A DNA stretch of 64,000 bases from Picochlorum sp. SENEW3 (taxonomy: Eukaryota): contig CP120458.1 of assembly GCA_034226945.1 (NCBI GenBank), forward strand, positions 992,001-1,056,000. Direction: 5' to 3'. The notes under the pieces were generated by a model. That model was not told the origin of the DNA and made no database searches. It was given only the letters and a program-made list of their open reading frames with translations. The position numbers and the translations under genes were made by a program. This document shows positions 22,233 to 33,724 of the stretch, piece by piece (position 1 is the first letter of the stretch; the number at the start of each line of letters is the position of its first letter).

Positions 22233-23078
22233 TCATTTAAGAAAGATAGCTGTCCACCCAAGTGTTATGGTAATCACAAACAACCCCATGGCATCAATAC
22301 TAATCTTTGGTGGCAATGGAACAACCTGAGCGAGCACATAACTGGTCAGACCTCCTCCAACGAGAGCCAGGACGGTTGTCAACAGGGCTCCCCAGATTGG
22401 AGAATTGCCCCAGTATGGCCCATCAGGATTCCTCTTATTTCTCTTATCGTACAACTTCCATGCGCAGAAGCATACAGCTGCACCAAGGGGAAGCGTGGGG
22501 TCTGACGAAGCCGCCTGCCATGCAGCCCACAGGGCCAGAGCCACAAAGATACTTCCATCATTGACGAGGGTCACACTGGACACGTTTGGCTCAAACGCAT
22601 CCTTGATTCTCTGAATCAGAGACACCTTGTCCTCATCTCCAGAAACATCACTTCTACGACCGGTTTTTGGTGGTTTGAAGCCGTACTTGTGTCGCATCTT
22701 CATCTTTGCCTGCAAGACTGTATCAAATGCTAACTCTATTGCTTCTCTAGATGGTTCGTGCTGCTTGTACTGCTCATACAGATAATTCCTCGCGTCTTGA
22801 ATCTCTTCAAAAGACGCTTCCCTATCGATACCAAGCAACTTGTATGGATCTCGTTCCTTGATACGGGGAAATATCTGCAGAGGCTCTTCTGGAAGGGGCT
22901 GAGACTCTGGCATATCCATCCACCCAGATCCCCCCGTCGATGACGACGAAGGGCACAAAAACTTTCTATTCTTTTTCAGCACGTCATACACGGTACTAGA
23001 GGTAGCAAATTGGCTTCTCTGAGGAACTGATACGATTCGGCCGACACGCCCTGACTGACAACAGGGAGAAATTCTCAT
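22233..23078 (-). CDS. CPP1: Chaperone-like protein of POR1 (CPP1/CDF1, DUF3353), plastid
   Basis: Transit-like N-terminus, IFPRIKERDPYKLLGIDREASFEEIQDARNYL J-like domain and C-terminal TM helices. Confidence 0.85.
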   Translation of the reverse strand: MRISPCCQSGRVGRIVSVPQRSQFATSSTVYDVLKKNRKFLCPSSSSTGGSGWMDMPESQPLPEEPLQIFPRIKERDPYKLLGIDREASFEEIQDARNYLYEQYKQHEPSREAIELAFDTVLQAKMKMRHKYGFKPPKTGRRSDVSGDEDKVSLIQRIKDAFEPNVSSVTLVNDGSIFVALALWAAWQAASSDPTLPLGAAVCFCAWKLYDKRNKRNPDGPYWGNSPIWGALLTTVLALVGGGLTSYVLAQVVPLPPKISIDAMGLFVITITLGWTAIFLK

Positions 23079-23285
23079 TCTGATACTGTATACTAGGATA
23101 TATAGATACTAAAAATTGGAATGTATAGCACATTCCGCTCTATCTGTGCAATAAGAATGAGAATGGCCATCAGATCTTGGCGATGAGGCAGATGGGTCCA
23201 TCGATGCGAGTCTGAGACCGGGCATCGCATGAAGAACACTCTCAGCCGCGTTTGATTGCATTCTAAAACAATATAAATACATCAG

Positions 23286-24851
23286 ATGGGTAAACTAGCG
23301 GAGATTGTTCGTCATCCGGACGAACTGATACCCTTGGTGCGTTGGATAAAGGCGTCTGTTTTGTTGTCCTTTTGTGACGGTGCTAGGGGATGTGTCTGTG
23401 ATGGATTTCCAATGTATGTGTGTAGATGGGTATGTATATCGCTGCGAAGAGAGCGAAGCGTCTTCCAAAAGAGGAAGGGCTGAAGTTTTGCTATGATATG
23501 TTAAACAAGGTTTCTAGGAGTTTTGCTATCGTCATTCAACAGCTTCCTGAGCGCCTGCGGGATGCTATTTGCGTATTTTACCTTGTTCTTCGGGCTTTGG
23601 ACACTGTTGAGGATGATATGGCGTTGGATGATGAAGTAAAGATTCCATTGCTTCGCTGTTTCCATGAAAAGTCTCGTGATAGGTTAGTCTGTGTCCATTG
23701 CATTATCGAGGTGAATTTTTAAATATAAAGGCAACTCTTAACAGGAATATGGATTTGTATATTCTTGATGCAGATCTTGGAAAATGTCCTGTGGATATGG
23801 GCACTATGTGTCTCTCATGGAGAACTACCCCTGTGTGACTGATGTATTTCTGTCTCTAGACTATGAATATCAGCGAGTCATTGAGGATATTTGCAAGAGA
23901 ATGGGGAATGGCATGGCTGATTTTATTCCAAAAGAAGTGAAAACTGTGAAAGAATATAACTTGTATTGTCATTATGTTGCTGGACTGGTGGGGATTGGTC
24001 TGTCGCAGTTGTTTGCATCGTCTGGGTTGGAATCAAAAGAGTTTTTCAAACTTGATGAAACGGCAAATGAGATGGGACTCTTTTTGCAGAAAACGAATAT
24101 TATTAGAGATTATCTGGAAGATATTAATGAGGAGCCTGCGCCAAGGATGTTTTGGCCCAAGGAGATTTGGGGGAAATATGCCAAGGCTTTGGAAGATTTC
24201 AAAGATGCATCAAACAAGGAAAGTGCCTTGGCATGTTTGAACCACATGATTACAGATGCGCTTTCCCATGTAGATGAATGCTTGGATTATATGTCCAAGT
24301 TGAGAGATCCATCGATATTTGCCTTCTGCGCGATCCCACAAGTCATGGCAATCGGCACTTTGGAAGCATGTTACAACAATCACAATGTGTTCACAGGTGT
24401 GGTGAAAATGAGACGGGGAGAGACTGCAAAGATTATGTGGTTTTTAAAGGATTATACTGATGCTTGTATTTTATTTAGACATTACGCCAAGCTTATAGCA
24501 GCAAAAGCACAGGTTCAAGTAGACAAGGATGATCCCAACCGAGAGCGCATTTTGGAGATTTGCCAGAGAATTGAGACGACGGCATCTGCACGAATTGAAT
24601 CCTGTGTGCGTGAAGCTTCCGATTTGGATCCAACACCGTTACCTATGAGCACAAGGATTCTTTTCTTCATTGTATCAATCATGTATGGTGCCTATGCATG
24701 GAAGATTGATAAAGCCAGAGAGGTCTTTGGCACACCATACCATGAGAAGACAACCCTTGTTGATCTCATCAACATGTGTATTGCGGTGGTCCTTATCCTG
24801 TACAGTGTCGTGTCAGTTTTTGCAAAATTAACAGCAATACGGTATTCTTAA
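23286..24851 (+). CDS. SQS: Squalene synthase; 3 exons
   Basis: Motifs [52 protein letters not shown] and [11 protein letters not shown]-terminal TM segments. Confidence 0.96.
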
Positions 24852-24856
24852 GATGA

Positions 24857-26383
24857 TTATGTTTTGTCCCTCTTCTTGAATTTGGCAATAAAGAATCCCA
24901 TGGTGTCCAAATCACCTCCCGGATCAAAACGCTGAACCATATCTGCCTCTTCCATCTGTAACAAAGAATACGTCGAGTCACCGACTGTCACGGATCCTGT
25001 CAGCCCTGGTCCTCCTAGATGATACTTTGATCTGACCAATTGCATCTCTGGAAATGTATCCAGAATATACCTCACATTACATTCATTCTCCAAGGGATTA
25101 ATAGTACATGTTGAGTACACAAGGTACCCCCCTTGCTTCACCAGCTTCACTGCATTATGTATCAATATTCGCTGATACGATGCAGTCTTTTTCAAATCTT
25201 CAATGGTCGTTTGGAGCAATAAACGGGGTCGCAAGCCTAGAGCAGTGCATGGCCCATCTAACAATACAAAATCAAATGAGGCCTCCTCAAACCCAGATTC
25301 CAACACATGCGCAAAAGACTCCTTCTTTGGTGGAAGACCGTGAAGTTCACGTGCCCTTGCCTGGCGTTCCGCCACCCGCCTCTCCCCTGGAGTCATTTCC
25401 TGCCTTGCCACTTGACCATTAGAAATACTGAGCACCTGCCCTTTTCCAGCAACACATTTTGTAGCATCTGCCTTGACTGCACGAATAATATCCGCGCCAA
25501 AATCCTCTGCCACTTTTTCAATACCTTTAACTTTTGTATGCGAACGATCTAAAGCATATATACAGCCTCTATTTTGCATAATCTCTGCCATGGCAGTTGT
25601 TTTACCTCCAGGTGCTGCACACATATCCAACACTCTTGACCCAGGCGTTGGATCCAACGTGGCTGCTGCTATAACACTTGGAAGATTTTGAACCATGATA
25701 TCGCCCTTCATGAAATCAATCCCCAGCGAGGGCAGCGAAAACACCCTATCAACCATGCGCACAGCCAACCCTCTGCCACTCGTAACAATCTCCTTTCGAC
25801 TGCACGCCAGCACCCCAATACCTAGAAACATATTCTTCCGATCTGGAAATCTCTCATCATCTAGAGGGACATCCGGAGGCAGGATAGAATTCCTCGTGAC
25901 CCCATACTGCCCCTTTGATGGATCCTTCTCCACAGCAACACTCACTGCCACTGCATCCCCCTTTGCCAACCCATGCGTCGTCGCAAGCACCCCTGGAGCA
26001 TAACAGTGTGCCCCTTTCAACATTGATTCCCCAGCCATTCGACCAACAATCACTTCTCGCCCCTCCAGGTCGCTATAATCCACCACATGCGGCCCATGTC
26101 CACGAATCATTATTGCCATTGGCAACTCTGGGTGAGGATACACATCGTACCGCTCGTGATCCTGTCTTTCATTTCTCTCAGAATATAATTCGTTGGACAA
26201 TCGCTCCAGAACCTCCTCCCTCGTTGTCAGATTCGTGTTCACTCGAATGCATGTCGTCAACGGCGGAAGGCTGATCGATTTGGAAATATTCGCCAACCGA
26301 TCCCTACCTAAACACTGTACAAATAAAGATTCAACATCTTGACATCCCCATGTCAATCTCGGATTCCAACCCCGATGGGTCAT
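24857..26383 (-). CDS. NSUN6: NSUN6-like RNA m5C methyltransferase with PUA domain
   Basis: PUA-like region, QNLPS, VLDMCAAPGGKT, VLLDGPCTALG.RP, LVYSTCT and GFFIAKF. Confidence 0.9.
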   Translation of the reverse strand: MTHRGWNPRLTWGCQDVESLFVQCLGRDRLANISKSISLPPLTTCIRVNTNLTTREEVLERLSNELYSERNERQDHERYDVYPHPELPMAIMIRGHGPHVVDYSDLEGREVIVGRMAGESMLKGAHCYAPGVLATTHGLAKGDAVAVSVAVEKDPSKGQYGVTRNSILPPDVPLDDERFPDRKNMFLGIGVLACSRKEIVTSGRGLAVRMVDRVFSLPSLGIDFMKGDIMVQNLPSVIAAATLDPTPGSRVLDMCAAPGGKTTAMAEIMQNRGCIYALDRSHTKVKGIEKVAEDFGADIIRAVKADATKCVAGKGQVLSISNGQVARQEMTPGERRVAERQARARELHGLPPKKESFAHVLESGFEEASFDFVLLDGPCTALGLRPRLLLQTTIEDLKKTASYQRILIHNAVKLVKQGGYLVYSTCTINPLENECNVRYILDTFPEMQLVRSKYHLGGPGLTGSVTVGDSTYSLLQMEEADMVQRFDPGGDLDTMGFFIAKFKKRDKT

Positions 26384-26488
26384 TGTGTGTCTGCCTCCTA
26401 CTCAACCATCAACGACACAATCATATACCAACACAGGACCATCGATACATATGTAATTACTTTACAGGATATCAATTAATGCATATTT

Positions 26489-27076
26489 TCATTCTTGGAA
26501 TGGCTCATCCATGAAATCACCTGAAAAGTCATCAAAAACTTCAGTGGGGTCATCTTCAGCGGGGCTGTAATCCAAAAACTCTGGCTCTCGATTGTCGTCC
26601 TTTCCAATGTAGACAAATCTACTTGCTCCATCTCGAGTTCCACCCTTGCATTCGTGGTATTGCCACCCTCTCACGATTCGGCAAGGTGGAGGACCATCCT
26701 CCTGCTCCTCTGGGTCATTTGATTGGCCTTGCCACTGTGAATTCGTCATTTCTCGAGAGTTTCGTCGTGTGGGTTTTCTCTTGTCTTTTTTCTTTGAGGT
26801 ATCTATAGAATCAAAAAGATTTGATGATGCTGTGACCCAGACGAGTGGGCACATTGGGGTGGCCTGTTTGGGATCAAAATCTTCCAAGCCTTGGAAGATC
26901 TTGCAATTGCAAGATCGATCTTGAAACCTTTTTAAACTCTTTAAACTAGGAGAATGGATCCCAGTCAGAGCTAATGATGGACGGTGAAAGATTCCGCATT
27001 GAGACTGCCAATCAAAAACACTATATATATTTGATACATTTATTATTCGTATTCCAGGTATTCGGAGATTGCACAT
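26489..27076 (-). CDS. Hypothetical protein, acidic C-terminus; start uncertain
   Basis: Open frame filling the gap between NSUN6 and the MDR gene. No family recognised. Confidence 0.4.
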   Translation of the reverse strand: MCNLRIPGIRIINVSNIYSVFDWQSQCGIFHRPSLALTGIHSPSLKSLKRFQDRSCNCKIFQGLEDFDPKQATPMCPLVWVTASSNLFDSIDTSKKKDKRKPTRRNSREMTNSQWQGQSNDPEEQEDGPPPCRIVRGWQYHECKGGTRDGASRFVYIGKDDNREPEFLDYSPAEDDPTEVFDDFSGDFMDEPFQE

Positions 27077-27170
27077 CTTTCTCTGGCAGAACAGAATCTT
27101 CTCGAATCTGTCAAGACAATTGTACCCCAAGGTATTATTATTCACCCTTGAAACTATATACATTATAGCC

Positions 27171-28202
27171 ATGAGCAATACTGCAGTCGTTTTGAAGACT
27201 CCTGATATGGAAGACCCAGCCGCTGGGATCGAAGTGAAGGAGATTGAAAAGCCTTCGAACCTTGGACCCAAGGAAGTGCTGTGCCAGATGCGAATGAGGC
27301 CGATAAACCCTGCTGATATTTTCTCTCTGATGGGAGTTTACCCAGGATTCGACTGCTCTGATTGCAATAAGGAGGGGACGGATGTGGTTCCCGGCTTGGA
27401 AGGTGTTGGTGTGGTTGAAGACGTTGGAGAAAGCGTGTCTCTGTCCAAAGGGCAGCGTGTCGTGGGTATTCCATTCCCATCGGTGGAGAAGGGTAATGGA
27501 ACGTGGCAGAAGTATATTGTGGCCAAGGAAGATGACCTGTTCCCCGTACCAGACTCCATCTCTGATGAGCATGCTGCGCAGTTTTATATCAATCCAGTAA
27601 CATGTGTGGGGATGCTGGATGAACTCTCCATCCCACAGGGAGAGTATTTGTTGCAGACTGCCGCTGGATCTGTTTTGGGAAGAATGCTGATTCAGATTTG
27701 CAAATATAAAGGTATCAAGACGATTAATGTGGTCAGAAGAGAGGAACAAGCACAGGAGATTTTGGATATTGGAGGAGATCATGTGATTGTATCTCAGGAT
27801 GGTTCATCTATTCAGGACAAGGTTATGGAGATTACGGGTGGAAAGGGCGCATACGCCGCTGTCGAGTGTGTCGGGGGCACTGTATTCAAAGGATGTGCCT
27901 CCTCTCTGCGTGCATCAGGCACCATCCTCACCTACGGTGCCATGTCCAGCTTGGAGATGACTGTCGCAATCCCTGATGTATTATTCCGAGGTGTGACTGT
28001 CCGTGGATTCTGGCTTATCCCATATTTCGTGCATGTTCCAGTGGAGAAGAAGCGTGCCATGTGCCATGAAATAGCCACCATGATGGAGCAGGGCATCATT
28101 GTCCCGTATGCTGGCAAGGTGTTCCCCTTGGAGGATGTTGCAAAGGCTATTGCGCATGCCACGGCGCATGCCCGTGGTGGAAAGGTGCTCCTCTCATCGT
28201 AG
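27171..28202 (+). CDS. MDR-family NADPH oxidoreductase (trans-2-enoyl-CoA reductase / ETR-like)
   Basis: Motifs PINPADI..G.YP, VPGLEGVG, GTWQ.Y, INP.T, LLQTAAGSVLG, TINVVRR and GGKVLL. Confidence 0.9.
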   Translation: MSNTAVVLKTPDMEDPAAGIEVKEIEKPSNLGPKEVLCQMRMRPINPADIFSLMGVYPGFDCSDCNKEGTDVVPGLEGVGVVEDVGESVSLSKGQRVVGIPFPSVEKGNGTWQKYIVAKEDDLFPVPDSISDEHAAQFYINPVTCVGMLDELSIPQGEYLLQTAAGSVLGRMLIQICKYKGIKTINVVRREEQAQEILDIGGDHVIVSQDGSSIQDKVMEITGGKGAYAAVECVGGTVFKGCASSLRASGTILTYGAMSSLEMTVAIPDVLFRGVTVRGFWLIPYFVHVPVEKKRAMCHEIATMMEQGIIVPYAGKVFPLEDVAKAIAHATAHARGGKVLLSS

Positions 28203-28381
28203 TACCATTATCATTTTTGAATGTGTTGGTCATCACCTGCCACTATTTGTATTATTACATGTACTTTCAAGTAAAATTTAGAGTACAACTACGCGAATGG
28301 CAGACATTCAATACAAAAAAATCCTCCTGATACAGTCCTACTCGTCGTTCCAAACATGTCTCTTTCAAAGAGAAACTGCTA

Positions 28382-28771
28382 CTACTTTCTCCCAAACATG
28401 ACCTCATCCACCCCCTGCCCCTTCCTCTTATACTCAACCCCAGCCTCCACGGCCTTCCCACAAGGCCTATATGCTTTAATAGGCCACCATCCAAAGCCAG
28501 GAATGGAAGCCAATCCACCCATGATGCGACCACTTCCATCACACCCAAACGCCACCTTGTCCTTTGCAATTCCACAGGTTGGGCAGGTATTGGCATCAGA
28601 CGTACTAACTTCTTGCACGTGATTTTCGTTTTCTGCGGGAGAAGAACTCTGCGCTGCCACAGTGCGATTTGACATCCATGAGACATGTGGCCTCAAGGAA
28701 CGGACATGTGGTGCCCGTGAAATCACACCCGTGGGCGTACTCTGCCTACCTTTGGCGATTCTTGTGTTCAT
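28382..28771 (-). CDS. Small plastid-targeted Cys-containing (DnaJ-like zinc-finger-type) protein conserved in green plants
   Basis: Transit-like N-terminus, CPTC and the conserved GCDGSGRI.GGL..IPGFGWWPIKAYRPC..Y.R.GQ..DEV.FG motif. Confidence 0.75.
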   Translation of the reverse strand: MNTRIAKGRQSTPTGVISRAPHVRSLRPHVSWMSNRTVAAQSSSPAENENHVQEVSTSDANTCPTCGIAKDKVAFGCDGSGRIMGGLASIPGFGWWPIKAYRPCGKAVEAGVEYKRKGQGVDEVMFGRK

Positions 28772-29151
28772 TTTGTATGTGAATATATATAATTCAATGC
28801 AATTAGTATCAGCGGGAGACATATCTGAGTATCCTGAGTGCCAACATTGATACATAGAGCTCCCATCAGAATCCCACCGCAATCGGGGGATATCCATGTG
28901 CTTATCCAGGAATCTTATCCAATCCCAAATCCAATATGCAATGCTCCTACAGTTCAGATGTACCATATTGAAATACTCCATGAATGTTTCTATCGTGGAG
29001 AGGCAGTGCATTTGAGTGCTGAACAGGGACCATTTCAGTCGAATCGAATTTGGTCCTTCTCACTGTGCCTTTGATGAGGCAGAGAATGTCGATCATGCAT
29101 GGATTCAGACGGATATATTTTAATTTTTCCTGAATTTACTGCACATCACTC

Positions 29152-31626
29152 ATGGGACAGGCAATGCAGTCTTCGTTACCACAGGAAGGTTCTGCCATTT
29201 CGCTGAGTTCCATGTTGTCGGAAAAAGATAAGAATCGGGGGATGATCAAAACAAAAACTACTACTAGGAAGACGGTCTTCTCAAGAGATTTGAGAATGCC
29301 CCAGTCTCCCCTCAGCCAGTCCATTCAGCAGCGTACTCTTGATAGCTGGACAATAACCTATTCCATCATCATTGTTGGATCACTGTCCTATTTGACATCT
29401 ATTTGGTTATTATGCTACTATTTACCCACGGGAGATGCAATTGTGGTGCGAGATGAGTTCTATTCTGGAATACCAGCAGCTCTATATTCGATGCCAACGG
29501 CAGCATTTGCCTGTGCTTTGTTTCTCAATCTGTCATCCTTATTCTTTGAGAATCACAGGGCTCGCCAGCAGCTGTGTGTGTTAGTCACGTATATATCAGG
29601 TGTTGCATTTTTATATGAGCTTCTCGCATGGTATGGGTCGGCGCCGATTTTTCTGACGGCGAGCAGCAGACCGCATTCTGCCATGCGGTACATCATGTGG
29701 AGCCATGCAACACCTGCCATGGTATATGCTCTATCCATGGTGTCCGAGTTTTCTCTCCAACGAACTTTTAGAGCAATGATAGCAGATATTTTTATGATTC
29801 TGATCGCCATTCCAGGAGAGTACTGTGCATCATGGGTTCTAAGATATGTGTGCAATACACTTTCCATGGCCATGTTTCCACTTGTTATGCATGAGATTTG
29901 GATGATGTTCACCCAGGCTATGGGGGTCGCTTTAGATCACGATAGACAAGGATACCATTCGTTGAAGGCGTTGAGAAGTGTGACGCTGGTGCTTTGGAGC
30001 ATCTTCCCATTTGTGTGGGTGCTGTGCCAGTTCCAGTTGATTGACAGTGTTGTTGAGGAGGGTTTGTTGAGTTTGGCAGACGTCTTTGGTAAAATTGTGT
30101 TTTCTTCATCTTTATTACAGAGTAATTTTGTCACCATTGAGGCTCGGAGAAGGCTTGCATCCAAGGCAGCAGAGGACGCCAATAGAACTGCAGTTATTTA
30201 TGAGTTGCAGGAATTGTTGGCACAAAAGGAGGAGTTCATTGCGGTTGTGACGCACGAACTTCGCACTCCATTGAATGGTATCATAGGCTTGAGTGAAGCA
30301 CTGTTAGCATCTCGGGTCCTTGACGGTGCCAATGCTCGTAGTCTGAGTGCCATTAGGAATAGCGGTATTAGGCTGCTGGCATTGGTAAATGATGTCTTGG
30401 ACGCTGCGGCCATGAAGCGAGGAACGCTGAGTATTCATGCAAAGAGGCTGCAGATTTCAAAAATAATTGATGATGTGCTTGAACTGACAGCAGCTTTGGT
30501 GAGTCCTGGCGTGAAACTGTCGACGCGAGTGTCTGCAATCACCCCTCCTGTTTTGGGTGATCCCCAGCGGTTGGTGCAAGTACTCTACAATCTCGTCGGG
30601 AATGCATGTAAATTCACTGAAGAAGGAGAAATTTTGATTGAGGCTTCTGGAACAGCCGATGATGACTACGTGACCGTGAAAGTCCGTGACACAGGAGTCG
30701 GGATTCCTGAGAACAGGCTGGATGACATTTTTGTGCCATTTTCGCAGGGCAACATGTCACTGAGACGCAAGTATGGAGGGACAGGACTTGGACTCAGTGT
30801 TGTGAAACATATTGTCGAGGCGCACGGGGGGAGCATCCGTGTGGAATCCACAGAAGGTGAAGGGTCATTGTTCACTTTCACGATACCATCGTGCGTTCAT
30901 GGACCTGCTGCGCGTAGTTCAACGGAATCTGGAGGGAGCGACAAGAGCTCAGATATGTGGAAACGCTTTTCTCTAGATAGTGAGGCTCGCCATTCATTCG
31001 AGTTTGAAAAGAAGATGTTGAAAAAAGCAGGCCAACAGATGGAACCAGAAAAGGCTGCCAATGTATTCGCCAACAGCAAGCCCAGCTTCCCTGATTTGAC
31101 TGCAACCACTGATGTGGAGGGCAGGATCAGCGCCCAGGACAAGGGAGATACTGATACAACAACTGACTCGAAAATGAAGCCCTCTGATAGTATTTTGAGA
31201 GACCTAAAGGACACAAAACTGTTTAGAATTCTGTCCGTAGATGATGATCCAGTGAACCAGATGGTCGTCCAAGCCATGCTAAAAAATAAAGGATTTGAAG
31301 TATCCACAGCAGCAGATGGTGAGAGAGCCCTAGAAATGATTGAAGATATGCATAAAACAGATAATCTACCTGATGCCGTTCTCTTGGATGTTATGATGCC
31401 AGGCCTGAGCGGCTTTGATGTTGTCAGGCAAGTCAGATCATCGTATCCAGAATGGAAAGCACCCGTCCTCCTTGTCTCTGCGTCCGGACAAAAAGAGCAA
31501 ATCAAAGAAGGTATGGACTCTGGGGCAGATGCATATCTCACAAAGCCGCTCAAAATTGAAGAACTGCCCAAAACCATCAATCATTACATTAGAAAGGCGC
31601 AAGCCTCTAGAGATGATAGTGAATAA
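29152..31626 (+). CDS. Histidine-kinase rhodopsin (microbial rhodopsin + HisKA + HATPase + receiver)
   Basis: Helix C RYIMWSHATP and helix G ADVFGK (retinal Lys). H-box THELRTPL, N-box NACKFT, DTGVGI and GGTGLGL. Receiver motifs VDDD, LLDVMMPG and YLTKP. Confidence 0.93.
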   Translation: MGQAMQSSLPQEGSAISLSSMLSEKDKNRGMIKTKTTTRKTVFSRDLRMPQSPLSQSIQQRTLDSWTITYSIIIVGSLSYLTSIWLLCYYLPTGDAIVVRDEFYSGIPAALYSMPTAAFACALFLNLSSLFFENHRARQQLCVLVTYISGVAFLYELLAWYGSAPIFLTASSRPHSAMRYIMWSHATPAMVYALSMVSEFSLQRTFRAMIADIFMILIAIPGEYCASWVLRYVCNTLSMAMFPLVMHEIWMMFTQAMGVALDHDRQGYHSLKALRSVTLVLWSIFPFVWVLCQFQLIDSVVEEGLLSLADVFGKIVFSSSLLQSNFVTIEARRRLASKAAEDANRTAVIYELQELLAQKEEFIAVVTHELRTPLNGIIGLSEALLASRVLDGANARSLSAIRNSGIRLLALVNDVLDAAAMKRGTLSIHAKRLQISKIIDDVLELTAALVSPGVKLSTRVSAITPPVLGDPQRLVQVLYNLVGNACKFTEEGEILIEASGTADDDYVTVKVRDTGVGIPENRLDDIFVPFSQGNMSLRRKYGGTGLGLSVVKHIVEAHGGSIRVESTEGEGSLFTFTIPSCVHGPAARSSTESGGSDKSSDMWKRFSLDSEARHSFEFEKKMLKKAGQQMEPEKAANVFANSKPSFPDLTATTDVEGRISAQDKGDTDTTTDSKMKPSDSILRDLKDTKLFRILSVDDDPVNQMVVQAMLKNKGFEVSTAADGERALEMIEDMHKTDNLPDAVLLDVMMPGLSGFDVVRQVRSSYPEWKAPVLLVSASGQKEQIKEGMDSGADAYLTKPLKIEELPKTINHYIRKAQASRDDSE

Positions 31627-31765
31627 TAGATACTACTATCTGTTTCCTTATTTTCTTTCTGCATGTCTTCTCTTCATCAGAGGAGTCCTATTTAATGATA
31701 TATCCATCAATACGTATTTACAAGTTGTATGTACATTCATAAAATAACGAGACTTGGCATGTCAA

Positions 31766-32792
31766 TCAACCTCGTGCTTCTGCTCTCATCTTCCTCACAC
31801 TCTCCTTCACCGCATCTTTATCTTTCGCCGCTGGCTCAAACACATACTTAATCAATGATTCCTTGATCGATAAAATCTCTGGGAATTCTGATTTGATCCT
31901 GTCAGTCTCCAGCAAATTGTTTGACCTAGGAGCGACAATCACCTTTGCCTGCTCCTCCACAGTAAAGTTACTCCACGTGAACTCCTCATCAACATATTCC
32001 TTGTACAACTCCATAATTTCATTATGAGATATAGCTCCTGGATTCGTGTAGTTCATAATACCAGTCAGCTTTCTCTTTGCCATCTCAATAGAGTATGGCA
32101 ATAGCTCTGGAAGCACTGTCATCGAGTTGGGAATGTTGATAATCTTCTCATACTTGATAATCTTGGTGATGAAATTCCTTGGATACAGTAAATCACCAAC
32201 AATCGGCATCCTCACCCTCAATGTCAAAACATTTGGAAATGCCTTTAGCAAATTCTCCACAATAGCCTTGGAATGAGAGTAATACGACCCAGTGAAATTT
32301 GGCTCATCCTCCTCCGTAAATCCCTTGCCTCCAACCTTGTGCTCATCATCATAATGGAAAATACATCCAGTTCCATAATACGTCATATGAATACCGTGAG
32401 CATTCGTCACATCAGCCAAATTGAGACAACCAATGACGTTGGCTCTGATGGTTTCAATCTGGTGCGTCTCACACCAGTCCACATTGGGCCTCCCTGTCAC
32501 ACCAGCAGCATTTAACACATGCGTTGGTCGAACCTACATATCAACACGTACTCCACATCGATGCATACACCTGCGCTCGTTGTCAGATCGAATCAAACAC
32601 GCCATCTCGTACCCTGCGGATATCAGCCTCTATTCCACGCCTATCTTCCAATCGAGATGTTCCATATTCAAATGGAATGCCCTGTTCCTTGAGCAATTCG
32701 CCCACCAGACCACCGATCCAACCAGATTTGCCGTAAATGAGAAACTTGGGAGTTTCGTCACTATTTGAAGGCTTTGAACCACGCTGACCCAT
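31766..32792 (-). CDS. UER1: Bifunctional nucleotide-rhamnose 3,5-epimerase/4-reductase (NRS/ER, UER1); 2 exons
   Basis: Motifs KFLIYGKSGWIGG, NAAGVTGRPNVDWCE, GTGCIF, PNFTGSYYS.SK and LRVRMPI. Confidence 0.92.
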
Positions 32793-33012
32793 TATGGAAT
32801 CCTACAATTTCTATATCAGATATTTACTGCTGAAATACATAGTGTTGATTGATGTACGCCCAGGGGTAGGAATGTCGTAATAAGGTTCTTTAAAAACAGG
32901 AAAGAAAAATACTCAGCTCCACCTAGAGCCACAACACTGTGTCCTAAAAATAAATAAATAAATAATCTTAATTCTAGATAATAGTGAGCGTAGGTGGAAT
33001 TCACTGGAAACC

Positions 33013-33702
33013 ATGCCTGCGACATGCAATACCCGTGGGATTCTGAAAACGTCCCAGAACCGGGTTCGTACCAGTGGTGCATTGCAAGGTTCTGCCATGT
33101 GGGAAAGTGTCATAGGATTAAAGAATGAAGGGCGCGGTGCGAATGCAGAAGTTGAAGCCATGCTGAATGCCCCGAAACGGGGTTTTCATGGGGAAGGTAA
33201 AAAAAAGCGTCAGGCCGCAGCTGCCGAGGCTATGAAGGCGACTGGCAATTTTGATACTGGAGTTACGGATTATGATAGTCTTTTGAGCCTCGCAAAGTCG
33301 CAAGGGGCGTTGGGAGAGGCCGTGAATCGAGGCGCGTGTCGAGTGTGTGGGCAGGTGGGGCACTTGACCAAGCAGTGTCGGAATCAGTTTTCAAAATTTT
33401 TTCAAAAAGGGGGACAAGAAGCAGCAGATGTAGTAGACGATATGAAACACTCTTCGGATGATGATTCCTTGTTGAGGTTGGCGTCTGAGGATGAGAAGGA
33501 GGAGGAGGAGAAGAGGAGGAGAAAGAGACGGAAGAAACAGTCCCGTGACAGAAAGAGGGATGATTGTCGCGACGATGAGAAGGAAGAACGGCGTCGACGA
33601 CGACGTCGACGAGATCATCATTCACGCCGCCATCGTGATAGAGATGGATCTGATTCATCCAGAGAAGAAGAGAGGAGGCGACGGCGGCATCGCCGAGACT
33701 GA
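33013..33702 (+). CDS. CXIP4: CAX-interacting protein 4-like zinc-knuckle protein
   Basis: MPAT..NRV..SGALQ...W..VIG N-terminus, GAC..CG.VGHLT.QCRN knuckle and an Arg/Asp-rich tail. Confidence 0.8.
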   Translation: MPATCNTRGILKTSQNRVRTSGALQGSAMWESVIGLKNEGRGANAEVEAMLNAPKRGFHGEGKKKRQAAAAEAMKATGNFDTGVTDYDSLLSLAKSQGALGEAVNRGACRVCGQVGHLTKQCRNQFSKFFQKGGQEAADVVDDMKHSSDDDSLLRLASEDEKEEEEKRRRKRRKKQSRDRKRDDCRDDEKEERRRRRRRRDHHSRRHRDRDGSDSSREEERRRRRHRRD

Positions 33703-33724
33703 GAGGCACATTTATGACATCACA

